The notes beneath the pieces were generated by a model, which had not been told where the DNA came from, ran no database searches, and was given only the letters and a program-made list of their open reading frames with translations. Shown here piece by piece: positions 1-10,489 of a stretch of DNA of 64,000 nt. The stretch covers positions 13,477-77,476 of the forward strand of contig JAJZBD010000006.1 in the NCBI GenBank assembly GCA_021799085.1, given 5' to 3'. Source of the DNA: Nanobdellota archaeon (GTDB taxonomy: Archaea; Nanobdellota; Nanobdellia; Parvarchaeales; Parvarchaeaceae). Position numbers and translations under genes: made by a program. How positions within the stretch are numbered: position 1 is the stretch's first letter; every line of letters begins with the position of its first letter.

Positions 1-167
1 TAGTACTCTCCTGCAGGTATGGAGGGCGTAGACACACTTGTGTTGTTTATCCCAAGAAGCTTATACGCTACTGGTGCTGGGACAAGAAGCAGATAGATTA
101 CTATCGAACCTATAAGTATAAGCATCAACACTACAACAGCGGGAATCCTTTCCCTTTCCACTGCCAT
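1..167 (-). CDS. Partial CDS (N-terminal ~55 aa; runs off the window start); hydrophobic, probable membrane protein
   Basis: Own reverse translation from ATG at 167..165: MAVERERIPAVVVLMLILIGSIVIYLLLV...; not in the ORF track because it is truncated. Confidence 0.25.
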   Translation of the reverse strand, partial: MAVERERIPAVVVLMLILIGSIVIYLLLVPAPVAYKLLGINNTSVSTPSIPAGEY

Positions 168-229
168 GAAATCTTTACTACGTTATAATATATAAATATT
201 TCTAGTCTGGCAAAAGTGGCTTTTATCGG

Positions 230-505
230 TCAAAAAGTGAAATACTCCCTTAAAGCGGCAGGTACTTCAAAGAAACCCGCTTTGAGTCCGGCATCGATGT
301 AGGCCCAGCTTATAACTACCGCTTCAAACGCGCGCACATAATCTTTCTTCTCAACAAAAAACTTGCTGTCGCTGAAATAATTTGATGACATGTCAAAAAA
401 CTCGGAAGAAAGCTTATTTTCACTGTCCTTTAATGACAAAGAATGAAAAACCCTCTCCATCATACTTATCTCTTTCTCTGTCCTCTCCTTTAAATCCTCA
501 TCCAT
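230..505 (-). CDS. Hypothetical small protein (91 aa)
   Basis: ORF overlaps the fen stop by 8 nt (same strand, downstream of fen); no recognisable motif. Confidence 0.3.
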   Translation of the reverse strand: MDEDLKERTEKEISMMERVFHSLSLKDSENKLSSEFFDMSSNYFSDSKFFVEKKDYVRAFEAVVISWAYIDAGLKAGFFEVPAALREYFTF

Positions 506-1520
506 AAAAAGAAAGTGAATTGTCTTCTGTTTTTACCTTTTCCAGGTATTGGTTTACCCTTTCCTTTGAAAAACTGTGCTCATCGCACAGAAATTTTACC
601 AGCTTTTCTCTTTCTATTTTACCTAGGTTTAAATCCTCAGTGACGTCAACTATATTTGGAGAAATAAAGTATTCATAGATTTCATTTATATCATAATCTG
701 TTCTGAAATCATATTCATTAAAAAGATCGCTCCTGCTCTTTTCTTTAACTAATTTAAGCGCTTTTTTTGGGCCTATTCCATCAACGCCTTTGTTGTAATC
801 TGTGCCTACAAAAAGAGAAAGAATTATGAGCTGTTCCCTGCTTATACCAAGTTTGCTTAAATTATAACTTGCGTCTATTATTTCGGGGGAAACCCCAGTC
901 ATTATTCCCTTCCCGCTTACTTTTCGCTTGTTTGTTATGTTTAGGTTTCTAACCACCTTCTTTGCGCCGAAAAGCAAGGTGTCATAGTCCTGAGAAGCGG
1001 CCGCAAACACCCTGCCTTGCTGACTTAAAACTGCAGCTTGTGCTTCTCCTTCTGCCGGTGCCTGTACATAAGGTATGCCAAGATAACGAAGAAGCTCCTT
1101 CGAAGAGTCTATTATGTAATCGTCTATCCTTGCAAGCCTGCGCATATACATCGCTTTTTCCTCTTGAGTAGAAGCATGCTCCATCTTTTCCATTGCCTCT
1201 TCCTTTGTTTTCTCCCGTTCCTGCAGGGTTTCCTTCTTGAACTTGGGCGCTTTTCCGTCAAATACAAAAACAGGTTTTATCCTGTTTTCTAGAAGCGAAA
1301 CTGAACGGTAAAACAGGCCGTTTAAATGCGTTGTCACTCTTCCCTTTGAATCAGTAAGATAAGAGCCATCTGCCAATCTTATAGTGGTTAGAAACTGAAA
1401 TATCCAATTAAAGGCATCTATTGCTATTGCCTTGCCGGAAAGCTCCGCCATCTTTATTTTTTTTGATTCAAATAAACCGTTTAACTTAACGCCCATTATT
1501 TTACTAGGACTTGCAATCAT
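498..1520 (-). CDS. fen: Flap endonuclease FEN-1
   Basis: 340 aa; XPG-N/XPG-I architecture; H3TH motif GVDGIGPKKALKLV; conserved acidic residues; length typical of archaeal FEN-1. Confidence 0.9.
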   Translation of the reverse strand: MIASPSKIMGVKLNGLFESKKIKMAELSGKAIAIDAFNWIFQFLTTIRLADGSYLTDSKGRVTTHLNGLFYRSVSLLENRIKPVFVFDGKAPKFKKETLQEREKTKEEAMEKMEHASTQEEKAMYMRRLARIDDYIIDSSKELLRYLGIPYVQAPAEGEAQAAVLSQQGRVFAAASQDYDTLLFGAKKVVRNLNITNKRKVSGKGIMTGVSPEIIDASYNLSKLGISREQLIILSLFVGTDYNKGVDGIGPKKALKLVKEKSRSDLFNEYDFRTDYDINEIYEYFISPNIVDVTEDLNLGKIEREKLVKFLCDEHSFSKERVNQYLEKVKTEDNSLSFYG

Positions 1521-1538
1521 TAATGCTTTTTTGCTTTA

Positions 1539-2429
1539 TTACAAAGTTGTTACTATAACTTTACCGTCATCAAAAAGAAATGAATGCTCAAACTGGGATA
1601 CTAAACCGTTGTCCCTCTCCTTCAAAACATTAAATTCATGCAGTGACCCTGCTGCAACAAGATTTCTTATTTCTATCTCCGCCAATCTCCCGAATTTATT
1701 TATTATCCACCTTTTTGCGAATGGCAGTTCATTGTATTCCTCTGCAATGTATTTTAAGATCTCCCTGCCAAGCGTGCTTCTTACATTTTTATTGGCAACC
1801 AACTGGTAAATCTGAACCTCCGCGCTATCTATGACATAGCCCCCGCCATTTGTAGCAAAAGGCTCCACTGCAACAACCCCTTCCTTTCTTAAAAAAGACC
1901 CTGAATAATTCTTTGAATTGGAGATAAATTCTCCTTCATGTAGACTGTATCTTCCGATTCCGTGCCCTCCAAGATTGACTATTGGAGAAAAACCGAAACT
2001 GCGTATCTTATCATCTATTACTGTGCTTATTTCACTTACAGATATCCCTGGCTTCATTATCTCAATTACTGCATCCAGCGCTTCTTTGGTGGCACTGACA
2101 AGCTTGTTTCCTTCTTCTCCCACAGCAACAGAAGCTGCTGTATCCGAAAGATAGCCATCGACGCTTGCCCCTACATCAACCTTAACTATATCCCCTTTTT
2201 TAAGCTCGGTTTTATCATCATACTTCGGAGTGTAATGCGCTGCAATCTGGTTTATAGAGATATTTGGTGGGAAAGAAGGTTTTGCTCCTCTTTCAATTGT
2301 TCTCTTTTCTATGGCTTCTGCAATGTCAAGAAGCTTTGCTCCTGGCACGCACAAAGAAACGCCAAGCTCCCTTATCTCCTTGCCTATCTTGCCTGCTAAC
2401 AGCCATTTTTCCCTTTCTTCGCTTTCCAT
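1539..2429 (-). CDS. map: Methionine aminopeptidase, type 2 (archaeal MetAP)
   Basis: 296 aa; pita-bread fold signature (KGDIVKVDVGASVDGY, HGIGRYSLHEG); matches the archaeal MetAP-II pattern. Confidence 0.88.
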   Translation of the reverse strand: MESEEREKWLLAGKIGKEIRELGVSLCVPGAKLLDIAEAIEKRTIERGAKPSFPPNISINQIAAHYTPKYDDKTELKKGDIVKVDVGASVDGYLSDTAASVAVGEEGNKLVSATKEALDAVIEIMKPGISVSEISTVIDDKIRSFGFSPIVNLGGHGIGRYSLHEGEFISNSKNYSGSFLRKEGVVAVEPFATNGGGYVIDSAEVQIYQLVANKNVRSTLGREILKYIAEEYNELPFAKRWIINKFGRLAEIEIRNLVAAGSLHEFNVLKERDNGLVSQFEHSFLFDDGKVIVTTL

Positions 2430-2435
2430 TAAGGT

Positions 2436-2987
2436 CTAATCCAATTCTGCTTCTTCGTCTATGAAGCTTCTTATCTTATCCAAGAAGTTTTTGCTTATTC
2501 CATTGTTTTCTATCACTATGAAAACAAGTTTGCTTTTTCTTTCTCTTGCTACGGATGAAGTGAAATGTATGAACCTAAGTATCTCGTTCTCTGAATTGTA
2601 TATAAGAAATGAGGTTATGGAATCTATAACTACAAACGTTTCCCCTTCCTTTTTAAGCAATCCTTCCAGAGTTATGCTTATCTCCGTTAAATCCCCAGGT
2701 GATTTTATGAATATGCATTTGTTATTGGAAACGCTGTCTTGGATTATCGGAGCCGTCACGGAGTCTATGATGAAGTAATCATTTACATTTGCCAACTCAA
2801 GCTTTTCTTCTATGGACTTGAATGGAAGGCCTGAAGTAACGTAAATTAGCTTAAAGCCCTTGTTTTTTATCCTTGAAAGAAGTTCTATTGCCGCTTCATC
2901 CAGTTTGTACCGCTCTTTTACGAAAAGCATGCCTACCCCGTCGTCTGTAATCTTTTCTATAAAATCATTATTAAACTTGTTTTCCAT
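2436..2987 (-). CDS. KaiC/RecA-like domain protein lacking a Walker A P-loop (DUF835-like)
   Basis: 183 aa; RecA-superfamily-like beta-strand pattern (LIYVTS..., FVVIDSITSF) but no GxxxxGK[ST]. Confidence 0.4.
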   Translation of the reverse strand: MENKFNNDFIEKITDDGVGMLFVKERYKLDEAAIELLSRIKNKGFKLIYVTSGLPFKSIEEKLELANVNDYFIIDSVTAPIIQDSVSNNKCIFIKSPGDLTEISITLEGLLKKEGETFVVIDSITSFLIYNSENEILRFIHFTSSVARERKSKLVFIVIENNGISKNFLDKIRSFIDEEAELD

Positions 2988-3040
2988 TTAATTTCACGTA
3001 GGTATACAATAACAAATCATAATATTAATAGTATTATCCT

Positions 3041-5359
3041 TTATAAAAACCCTTCAAGTGAATTATCTTTCTTGCCTAGAACGTCTTCTTCGGAATAACC
3101 TATAACTTCTAGTATCTGCAGAACAGAAGGCAAAACCTGTTTATATATATAGTAATCTGGATCGTATTTTATGCCATTCTTTCTCGCAATGTCATAAAGC
3201 ACTGCCTTTTCAGACACGGTTTCATTGCTTTTACCTTTTGCTATTATGTACTTTATAGTGTCTCCGCTTACGAATTTCATCCCACTTTTCTCAACTGCAG
3301 AGATATGCCTGTTTGTCTGCTGGTAAGAAGAAGGGTCTTTCCTCAGCCTTGTAAGAATGACTAGTTCCTCCAAATCTGCTTTTCCAAGCCTTATTCTCTC
3401 TATTGTGTTTTTTACGGTTGAAAGCGCAGATTCTTTGTCATTTTCCAAGAGAATTTTTTTAAGTACTTCTTTCTGTAAATTTTTTGCTATTACCGCCCAG
3501 TCTCTTCTAACAGACTGAAAACCCTTTATTGTTAAATTTCCATCGAAATCAGACATTGCATATTTTTTCTTTGCGCCTATTCCTCCCTTTGAACTTACAA
3601 ATATTGCACGCGCATAGAATCCTTGCAGCTCCAATTCCATCGGTTTGGGAAGCTTACTGTTTATATCTACTATAAAGTCATTTACTGCCTGTTTTTTGTC
3701 GCCGAACTGAAGAAAGGCAGAATCTGTGTCTGCATACAGCACTTTAAATTTATATGAAGAGGCAGTGGAGATTACTTCCTGTACGTACTTTCTTCCTAAA
3801 GAGGTTGTTGCGCCAGCGCAGTCAAAACAGTACCACCTTGAATTGTAATAACCAAGGTAGCCATAAAACCCATTTGCTATCAGTTTTAAAACCAATACCC
3901 TTGCATTAAGCTGTTTATTGTCCTTGTCGATTTTAAGCCGATCCTTTGCCTCAAATCTGAGTCTTATTACTTCATCTAAAACAGAGGGTATCAAACCTAC
4001 TTTTTTCTCCTTCGGTAAAAATGTCCTTTCTCCGTTATTGTACTGTATAGTAGACGGGCAAATATTGTGTGATACGATTATGCTTGGATAAAGGCTGCGG
4101 AAGTCAACTACCGCAATATTTTCATAAAGCCCTGCAGTTGGCTGGAAAACAAACGCACCGACATTTATTTTCTTTATCCGGTCATTAACCTGAAAATCAG
4201 AGGGCTTGTTTGGTATCAGCTCGTTTTTTAGTATTGCTTTCTTCATTATGAGATTTTCCACTACAGAGCCGGTGGTCATCCTAGAAACATCTGCAAACGT
4301 CTGTCCAACCAGCTTATTGAGCTCGGATATCAACGGCAAAAGCGTGTCAAAAATAAGCAGTGTAACATTTGAATCCTGTATGCAGTAATTACAAAGTTCT
4401 GTTGCGAGCTTCCCGTCAGTGAAAACCTCATTTATTTTATCCCAGTCAAACTCTCCCTTTCTTTCCCCAGTCATTTCAGCGGCTACTTCCCTGAGAGTAA
4501 GAACCTCCGTTTTAAGGTTGTATATTGAGTAGATATTTCTTATAAAATTCAGTATGTCAACATGCGAAATTCCGGTTATCTCCGCTATTTTTCTCTTTTC
4601 CCCTTTAATCTTGAGTTCAAAACCGTTTATCATGAATTTTATCCCAAGTATCTTTGACCTCTCCGAAATGTAAGGCATGTCAAACGAATCGGAATTGTAC
4701 CCTATTATGACATTAAAATTGTTCGATGACAATAACTCAGAAAGCTTCAAAATCAGCTCTTTTTCATCCTTTACCTTTATAATGTCATTTCCTTCCGCAT
4801 TAAGCCATGTGATGCATTTTTTCAGTCCTGCACTTACCACAGAGACTGCAATTATTGGATCGGATTTTGCATTCGGAAAAGAGCGCTTTGAAAAAGTCTC
4901 TATGTCCAAAGCGGCCGCTTTCATTGGAAAATTGCCTATGCCTTCGTCTTTTATATTAATTAAGTAATCCCCCTCCGAATCTATGCTCAAGCGGTTAAAA
5001 GTCCCTATTCCTTTGTCAATAAGATATCTTTTGTAGAAGGGTATGTCTGCTTCATATGTGGGGAAACTAAGCTGCTTTATCTTCGGCACGTCCTCCGGTA
5101 ATCTAGTAAAGACCTGCAGCAGTTTTTTCTTTTCTCCAAGCCGGTATTTTTCAACTTCATTGAAAGAATCTATGAAAGACAAACCTCCGATTGTTTTTTT
5201 GAATTCTTCCTTGCCTGCGTCTACATAACAATAAGGCTTGAAGTTTCTATCATAGAATATTCTCCTTTCCAGTTTTTCATCCACGCAGAAAAGCCTTATC
5301 ACTGGTAAGTTGTCTATAACTGTATAATCTGCGTCTACAAGAAAATATGTTCCTGTCAT
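3041..5359 (-). CDS. polB: Family B DNA polymerase
   Basis: 772 aa; exonuclease motif ALDIETFS; polymerase motif A DFRSLYPSII; motif C YADTDS; KKKY-like AKKKYAM. Confidence 0.92.
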   Translation of the reverse strand: MTGTYFLVDADYTVIDNLPVIRLFCVDEKLERRIFYDRNFKPYCYVDAGKEEFKKTIGGLSFIDSFNEVEKYRLGEKKKLLQVFTRLPEDVPKIKQLSFPTYEADIPFYKRYLIDKGIGTFNRLSIDSEGDYLINIKDEGIGNFPMKAAALDIETFSKRSFPNAKSDPIIAVSVVSAGLKKCITWLNAEGNDIIKVKDEKELILKLSELLSSNNFNVIIGYNSDSFDMPYISERSKILGIKFMINGFELKIKGEKRKIAEITGISHVDILNFIRNIYSIYNLKTEVLTLREVAAEMTGERKGEFDWDKINEVFTDGKLATELCNYCIQDSNVTLLIFDTLLPLISELNKLVGQTFADVSRMTTGSVVENLIMKKAILKNELIPNKPSDFQVNDRIKKINVGAFVFQPTAGLYENIAVVDFRSLYPSIIVSHNICPSTIQYNNGERTFLPKEKKVGLIPSVLDEVIRLRFEAKDRLKIDKDNKQLNARVLVLKLIANGFYGYLGYYNSRWYCFDCAGATTSLGRKYVQEVISTASSYKFKVLYADTDSAFLQFGDKKQAVNDFIVDINSKLPKPMELELQGFYARAIFVSSKGGIGAKKKYAMSDFDGNLTIKGFQSVRRDWAVIAKNLQKEVLKKILLENDKESALSTVKNTIERIRLGKADLEELVILTRLRKDPSSYQQTNRHISAVEKSGMKFVSGDTIKYIIAKGKSNETVSEKAVLYDIARKNGIKYDPDYYIYKQVLPSVLQILEVIGYSEEDVLGKKDNSLEGFL

Positions 5360-5399
5360 ATAATATAAATTATAGCAGACGTGTGTAAAAAAGGTTAAC

Positions 5400-7154
5400 T
5401 TATTTCGTAGTTACTGCCTTTGCAAGATTTCTGGGGTGATCCGGATCTATATGCTTTGATAGAGAAACGTAGTATGAAAGAAGCTGTGATATTATCACTT
5501 GTGGAACAAAGCTGAATATCCCCGCAGGCTGTGATCTTATAAGAAAATCAAATACGTCAAGCTTCTCATTTGCTATTCCGATTATTTTTCCGTTCCTTGC
5601 CTTTATTTCTTTAAGATTGTTTATTTCCCTGTCTTTGAACCGGTCAGACACCAATGCCACGGAGTATGTTCCCTTTGATATCAGTGCAAGCGGACCGTGT
5701 TTAAATGTTGCTGAATCTATAGCTTCTGCATGTATGTATGTTATCTCTTTCATTTTTAGTGCAGCCTCCATAGCTGAGATATAGTCAGTTCCCCTGCCAA
5801 GGAAAAACAGGTTCTTTTCTCCTTTTATCGCAGATGCTGCTTCTTTTATTGCATTGTAAACAGATGGCACAAAAAGATTATAGAGATTTATGTTCAAAAG
5901 GTTAAGATCATTCAATCCTTCTTTTTCTTCTCCTTCCGAAAACATTGCTATCAAGCAGGAAAGTATCGCTGACATCGTGAATGTTTTTGTAGCTGCTACT
6001 CCCTTTTCATGGCCAGCATTTATGTTTATGAAGTAATCAACTGAATTTGCAAGTGAAGAACCTTCTGTATTTATTATGCCTATTTTCTTATTTTCCTTTA
6101 TTATCGGCAGGGATTCTATTATGTCCATTGTTTCCCCGCTCTGCGATATTATTATAAAAATGTCCTCTTTCCCAATTGTTTTTGAATAGTTTAACAGGTC
6201 CTGTGGCTGAACGGCAATTGCCTCCCTCCCAAGGTCCCTAAAAAGGCTGGCGGCAAGAAGCGCAACGTGAAATGAAGACCCAGATCCGACAAGAAACACC
6301 TTCTTAGACAATGAAACCGCTGATGCTGCGCTTTTGAGGTATGAAAGATCAGAGTTGACAAGCTTTGAAACCAGCGTCTGCTGCTCCATTATCTCCTTGA
6401 GCATGAAATGCCTATATTTTCCCTTGTCCACGTCTGAAATCGAAAAATTTACTTCTCTTACTTTGTGTTTGCCAAAGTTATTAGACTTTAGAACCTTGAA
6501 ACCAGATTTCCCTACGGAGATCACATCCCCATCAAAAAGATACACTACTTTATTTGTGTGCTTAAGAAAGGACGGCACGTCACTTGCAACAAATACGCCG
6601 TTTTCCTTAACGCCCAAAACAAGCGGAGAACCGTTTTTCACTGCAATGATATTATCAGTTAAAGAGTTCATAACAACAAATGAAGAAAAGCCCTTTATCT
6701 TTTCCGATGTCGAAATAACCGCATCCTCAAAACTCTTTCCGTTTTTCATTTCTTCTTCTATCAAATGCGGAAGGACCTCTGTGTCCGTATCAGAAGAAAA
6801 TGTGTGATTTTTCAAACTATCTTTAAGTTCCTGAAAATTCTCTATTATACCATTGTGAACGACTGCTATTTTTCCGCTGCAATCCAGCAATGGATGCGAA
6901 TTTGCCTTCGTAACACCGCCATGCGTGGCCCATCTTGTATGCGCTATGCTTTTATTTGAAATTTCACTGCTTATTCCATAAGTTTCTATAATCTTATTTA
7001 TCCTGCCAGTGTCCTTTCTTACTTCTATATTGTTGTCTTTGCCTTCAAAGGCGCATCCGAAACTGTCATATCCCCTATACTCTAAGTTCTTTATACCCTC
7101 CAAAACAAGAGGGATAGAATTCTCATTTCCGTTATAACCTATGATACCGCACAT
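5400..7154 (-). CDS. glmS: Glutamine--fructose-6-phosphate aminotransferase (isomerizing)
   Basis: 584 aa; N-terminal MCGIIGY class-II glutamine amidotransferase Cys; two SIS domains. Confidence 0.92.
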   Translation of the reverse strand: MCGIIGYNGNENSIPLVLEGIKNLEYRGYDSFGCAFEGKDNNIEVRKDTGRINKIIETYGISSEISNKSIAHTRWATHGGVTKANSHPLLDCSGKIAVVHNGIIENFQELKDSLKNHTFSSDTDTEVLPHLIEEEMKNGKSFEDAVISTSEKIKGFSSFVVMNSLTDNIIAVKNGSPLVLGVKENGVFVASDVPSFLKHTNKVVYLFDGDVISVGKSGFKVLKSNNFGKHKVREVNFSISDVDKGKYRHFMLKEIMEQQTLVSKLVNSDLSYLKSAASAVSLSKKVFLVGSGSSFHVALLAASLFRDLGREAIAVQPQDLLNYSKTIGKEDIFIIISQSGETMDIIESLPIIKENKKIGIINTEGSSLANSVDYFININAGHEKGVAATKTFTMSAILSCLIAMFSEGEEKEGLNDLNLLNINLYNLFVPSVYNAIKEAASAIKGEKNLFFLGRGTDYISAMEAALKMKEITYIHAEAIDSATFKHGPLALISKGTYSVALVSDRFKDREINNLKEIKARNGKIIGIANEKLDVFDFLIRSQPAGIFSFVPQVIISQLLSYYVSLSKHIDPDHPRNLAKAVTTK

Positions 7155-7284
7155 AAAAGTAGTCTAAGCTTTTGTAAGAAGGAAACTTATATTTAAAGCT
7201 TTTATAACTCAAACATTCAAACGGAAAAGAGTTAAATACTTAAATCAATGTAGTTATAGAAAGTAAGGGAAATGAGGTTTTACT

Positions 7285-8205
7285 ATGAAAAGCTATATTC
7301 TTAAAAACGACGGAGAAGGATACTTTGTAAATGACACTAAGATAATTGAAAACATAAATGACATTAAGCCGATAGCCGACGAAAAGGCCATTTCAATAAT
7401 GAAGAAAGTATCAAAAAAACCCTATAGTTCATCGGCATTGGCAAAGGAATTAAAGTTTGACAAGAAAACCGCTGCATTCTACATTGGAAAACTTGAAAAA
7501 GCAGGGTTGATAAGCATAGAGCCGCAGAAGGCTGGAGATATAATAAAAGCTGCATATAACTCATTTTCATATGAAATAAATGACAATAAGATAAAATTTG
7601 ATCCCAAGATGAAAACAAAGGAAAACCAGTATGCACTTAACTTTTTCAGCAAATTCATAAACAATGGAAAGTTTGACGGATACATATGCGTTGGAGCATC
7701 AGATCCGCATGGAGAATACAAGGCAGTAGCAAGAGATTCGCACTACACTGCATATCTAGGCATGTTCTTTGGTCAGTTCATAGATTTGCCGCAGACAATG
7801 CCTATAATACTCGACACAGACGTTATATCCAAGAACCTTTTCAAAAAGAACCTTATAGTTATTGGTGGACCAGTTACAAATCTGGTAACAAGAGACATAA
7901 ACAATTTTCTCCCCATAAAATTCATAAAGGAAGAAGGATGGGGGTTGAAGGACAGAAACGGAATACACATAAGGGATTATGAAGGAACGATAGAAAAGAT
8001 AAAGAACCCGTTTGACAAGGATAAAGACATAATACTTATAGGCGGGATTAGAAACGTGGGAACACTATCGGCAATGCTTGCCGCAACAAGATTTTCAGGT
8101 ATAACCTTCAAAGGGTACAACGGAGAAGTGCCTTGGAGCCTCATGGTAAGAGGATACGACATAGACGGGGACGGACAGATAGACTCCATAGAAACTGTAA
8201 AATGA
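7285..8205 (+). CDS. Winged-HTH domain protein with an uncharacterised C-terminal domain
   Basis: 306 aa; N-terminal HTH-like segment SSALAKELKFDKKTAAFYIGKLEKAGLISIE; divergent from glmS. Confidence 0.4.
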   Translation: MKSYILKNDGEGYFVNDTKIIENINDIKPIADEKAISIMKKVSKKPYSSSALAKELKFDKKTAAFYIGKLEKAGLISIEPQKAGDIIKAAYNSFSYEINDNKIKFDPKMKTKENQYALNFFSKFINNGKFDGYICVGASDPHGEYKAVARDSHYTAYLGMFFGQFIDLPQTMPIILDTDVISKNLFKKNLIVIGGPVTNLVTRDINNFLPIKFIKEEGWGLKDRNGIHIRDYEGTIEKIKNPFDKDKDIILIGGIRNVGTLSAMLAATRFSGITFKGYNGEVPWSLMVRGYDIDGDGQIDSIETVK

Positions 8206-8684
8206 ACCGTTATTTTGTAGCAGTAGAAATACCCGAAGAAACGAAAAAGGAAATAGCTTCATTCTTTTACCCCATACTTGCACAAAAAGTCACAGGAAAA
8301 TTTGTTTCTGTAGAGAAGCTGCATATCACCGTTCTATTTCTTGGAAACGTTGAAATCAAACCAGAACTTTTGGATTTTTTAAAAGGGCTTAAGTTCATGG
8401 AAGAACTAAAAGTCAAGGGTTTGGGGGCCTTTCCATCAATTCTAGACCCGAAAACGATATATGCAAAGGTGTATGGAAGCCTTAAAAATCAATTTGAAGG
8501 ACTAAGTTCCTTCTTAAAAATCGAAAGCAATAAAGAGTTTAGTCCCCACGTTACTTTGTGCAGAGCAAAGAAAATAATTGGAAGAATAGATGAAAAGGAA
8601 TTTGAAGCAAGGGAATTCAAGTTCGCTGCTGATTCGCTTCACCTTTTCAACAGCGACTTCGCAAACTACTATAAAGTTCTATAG
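8202..8684 (+). CDS. thpR: RNA 2',3'-cyclic phosphodiesterase (ThpR/LigT, 2H phosphoesterase)
   Basis: Two H-x-T-x motifs (HITVLFLG and PHVTLCR). Start chosen at MNRYFVAVEI (8202), overlapping the upstream stop by ATGA; the track ORF begins at 8133. Confidence 0.72.
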   Translation: MNRYFVAVEIPEETKKEIASFFYPILAQKVTGKFVSVEKLHITVLFLGNVEIKPELLDFLKGLKFMEELKVKGLGAFPSILDPKTIYAKVYGSLKNQFEGLSSFLKIESNKEFSPHVTLCRAKKIIGRIDEKEFEAREFKFAADSLHLFNSDFANYYKVL

Positions 8685-8685
8685 A

Positions 8686-9255
8686 TTACTTTTTGCCAGG
8701 GGCCTGCCTTGTCAATGCAAAAACGGCTATCGTCATTGCCATCAAAGTAAGTATTGTAGTTAAAAACGACGGGCTAGTCAATATTGACATAATGTATGTT
8801 GAATTAAGATCTCCTGGAAAAGAAGATGTTGATGCTACCGTTGTATTGTTTGCGGTAGTTGAATTTACAACTCCTAAAACGCCGGGGTAATAGCTTGAAA
8901 CTGTTCCAAATGCAATCAATCCAAAGATAAACATTACGAAAATGACTAATGCAGGAACAAGCGAGCTCTTTTTTAAGTAGTCAATTATTGAGCTCTGTGG
9001 AACTAAAGCAGTGGAAAGTAGGAATATTACAAGGAAAATGAAGAACATTATGGTTAAAACATATGGTAAAAATGTTATCAAAAAGCTGACAAAGAAAGAA
9101 GACATTAAAGTGACTAAACCGATTGCAACGGCTATAAGCGCTGGGATGTCAGAACTTGAAAAGAACTTTGAACGGGCAAGTAGGCCGTATACTAAAGCAA
9201 AGACTAAGACAAATACTGCTAAATCATACAAACCAAAAGCCGGTAAATTTATCAT
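8686..9255 (-). CDS. Multi-pass membrane protein, paralog 1 of 3 in tandem
   Basis: 189 aa hydrophobic; shares VFALVYGLLARSKFF-type motif with 9894..10457 and the overall layout with 9265..9828. Confidence 0.5.
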   Translation of the reverse strand: MINLPAFGLYDLAVFVLVFALVYGLLARSKFFSSSDIPALIAVAIGLVTLMSSFFVSFLITFLPYVLTIMFFIFLVIFLLSTALVPQSSIIDYLKKSSLVPALVIFVMFIFGLIAFGTVSSYYPGVLGVVNSTTANNTTVASTSSFPGDLNSTYIMSILTSPSFLTTILTLMAMTIAVFALTRQAPGKK

Positions 9256-9264
9256 TTTATCCTC

Positions 9265-9828
9265 CTAGGGGTTCTTGCTTGAACCGCCACCGCCACCGAA
9301 AGTAAATGCGATAACAAAAATGATTATTATCCCCAAGATCAAATATGCGAGATTCGGCCCTATCAATGAAGAACCAATGTTAGAAAGCTCACTGCCTACA
9401 CCTGAACTAGAGGGCACAAGCGCATTCGAAAATACGCCCCCGCCTAAAAAGAGTATTCCTATTGCTACGACGAAAAGCCATTTTGCGTTATTTCCCGTTA
9501 TGTCAAACTTAAGCAAGCTTGCGACTATAAGCATCGCCACTAGAATAAGGGCGGTAACTGCAAGAGTAGAAGACATGTAAATAAGTATCGGGCTTACCCA
9601 TGCAACCGTTACAGCGAAATAGGATATTATAAGTGCTATTAATCCCCTGGCCCCTTTGTTCTTATTGTCCGCAAAGTAGCTTACGTTCTTAAGGACCGTG
9701 CTTAAAATCGCTAATATAAGAAGAAAAGCGAGCCAGAACTCTATGGGGTTTGTAACGTTAGGAGGAGTTATAAGGCTCAATGCCTTATCAATCTGGGAAT
9801 AGAGAGACCCTGCTGCTGCAATTACCAT
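9265..9828 (-). CDS. Multi-pass membrane protein, paralog 2 of 3 in tandem
   Basis: 187 aa; similar length and hydropathy; Gly-rich C-terminus GGGGGSSKNP. Confidence 0.5.
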   Translation of the reverse strand: MVIAAAGSLYSQIDKALSLITPPNVTNPIEFWLAFLLILAILSTVLKNVSYFADNKNKGARGLIALIISYFAVTVAWVSPILIYMSSTLAVTALILVAMLIVASLLKFDITGNNAKWLFVVAIGILFLGGGVFSNALVPSSSGVGSELSNIGSSLIGPNLAYLILGIIIIFVIAFTFGGGGGSSKNP

Positions 9829-9893
9829 GAATAATTATGGATACTTTTAGTATTTAAACTTTTCTTTAAATATATTCACTTATAAGTATTCAA

Positions 9894-10457
9894 TTATTTG
9901 AATAGAAAATACGCGCCTATTATTAGTGCAAGGAATACTACTATGTAAGGCGCGTATGTATACAAGTCTTGGGATACTGATTTAGAGGAAAGACCAACGA
10001 ATCCCAAATTGGCAGTTATAAGAACCCATATTATCAATCCCACAGAAATCAGTACAGCTATGATTACTACTATCTTCCTTCCCGACTTACTCTTTAAAAG
10101 TTCGGAGCTGCTGCCGTAGAGCATAGACCCTATAACCAAAAGCATGAATATAACTATTGCAACTATGCCAACAATTGGAAGTATAAGATATGTTAACTTA
10201 AGCGTATAATTCGTGGTAGCAAATATTATTCCAAGAACGAATGCGATTATTGCATCTATGTCGCTTTTTCCCTTGAAAATCTCACTTCTTTGAAGAACGC
10301 CGTAGACTATAGCAAACACCAAAAGAAATGGAAAAAGAAACGATTCTACACCGGAAAACAGCAACGAAACGCCTGGAGCTGGTGAAGTCAACGTCGTAGT
10401 GACATTTGTCTTGTTCGACGTCAAATTGAAAGCAGTCATAGCGATATTTTCTAACAT
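9894..10457 (-). CDS. Multi-pass membrane protein, paralog 3 of 3 in tandem
   Basis: 187 aa; VFAIVYGVLQRSEIF motif matches paralog 1. Confidence 0.5.
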   Translation of the reverse strand: MLENIAMTAFNLTSNKTNVTTTLTSPAPGVSLLFSGVESFLFPFLLVFAIVYGVLQRSEIFKGKSDIDAIIAFVLGIIFATTNYTLKLTYLILPIVGIVAIVIFMLLVIGSMLYGSSSELLKSKSGRKIVVIIAVLISVGLIIWVLITANLGFVGLSSKSVSQDLYTYAPYIVVFLALIIGAYFLFK

Positions 10458-10489
10458 ATTAATATTATGACTGGGAAGTATTTAAATAA

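Noticed and set aside
962-7000. Numerous 60-160 aa ORFs antisense to or overlapping fen, polB and glmS (e.g. 962..1171, 1432..1809, 4677..4967, 6334..6807)
   Set aside because: Fully embedded in long, well-supported genes on the opposite strand; typical shadow ORFs of AT-rich DNA.
7155-7284. glmS ribozyme/riboswitch upstream of glmS
   Set aside because: That ribozyme is bacterial (mostly Firmicutes) and lies 5' of glmS on its own strand; here the gene is archaeal and the 130-bp divergent region shows only AT-rich promoter-like sequence and a GAGGT Shine-Dalgarno for the + strand gene.
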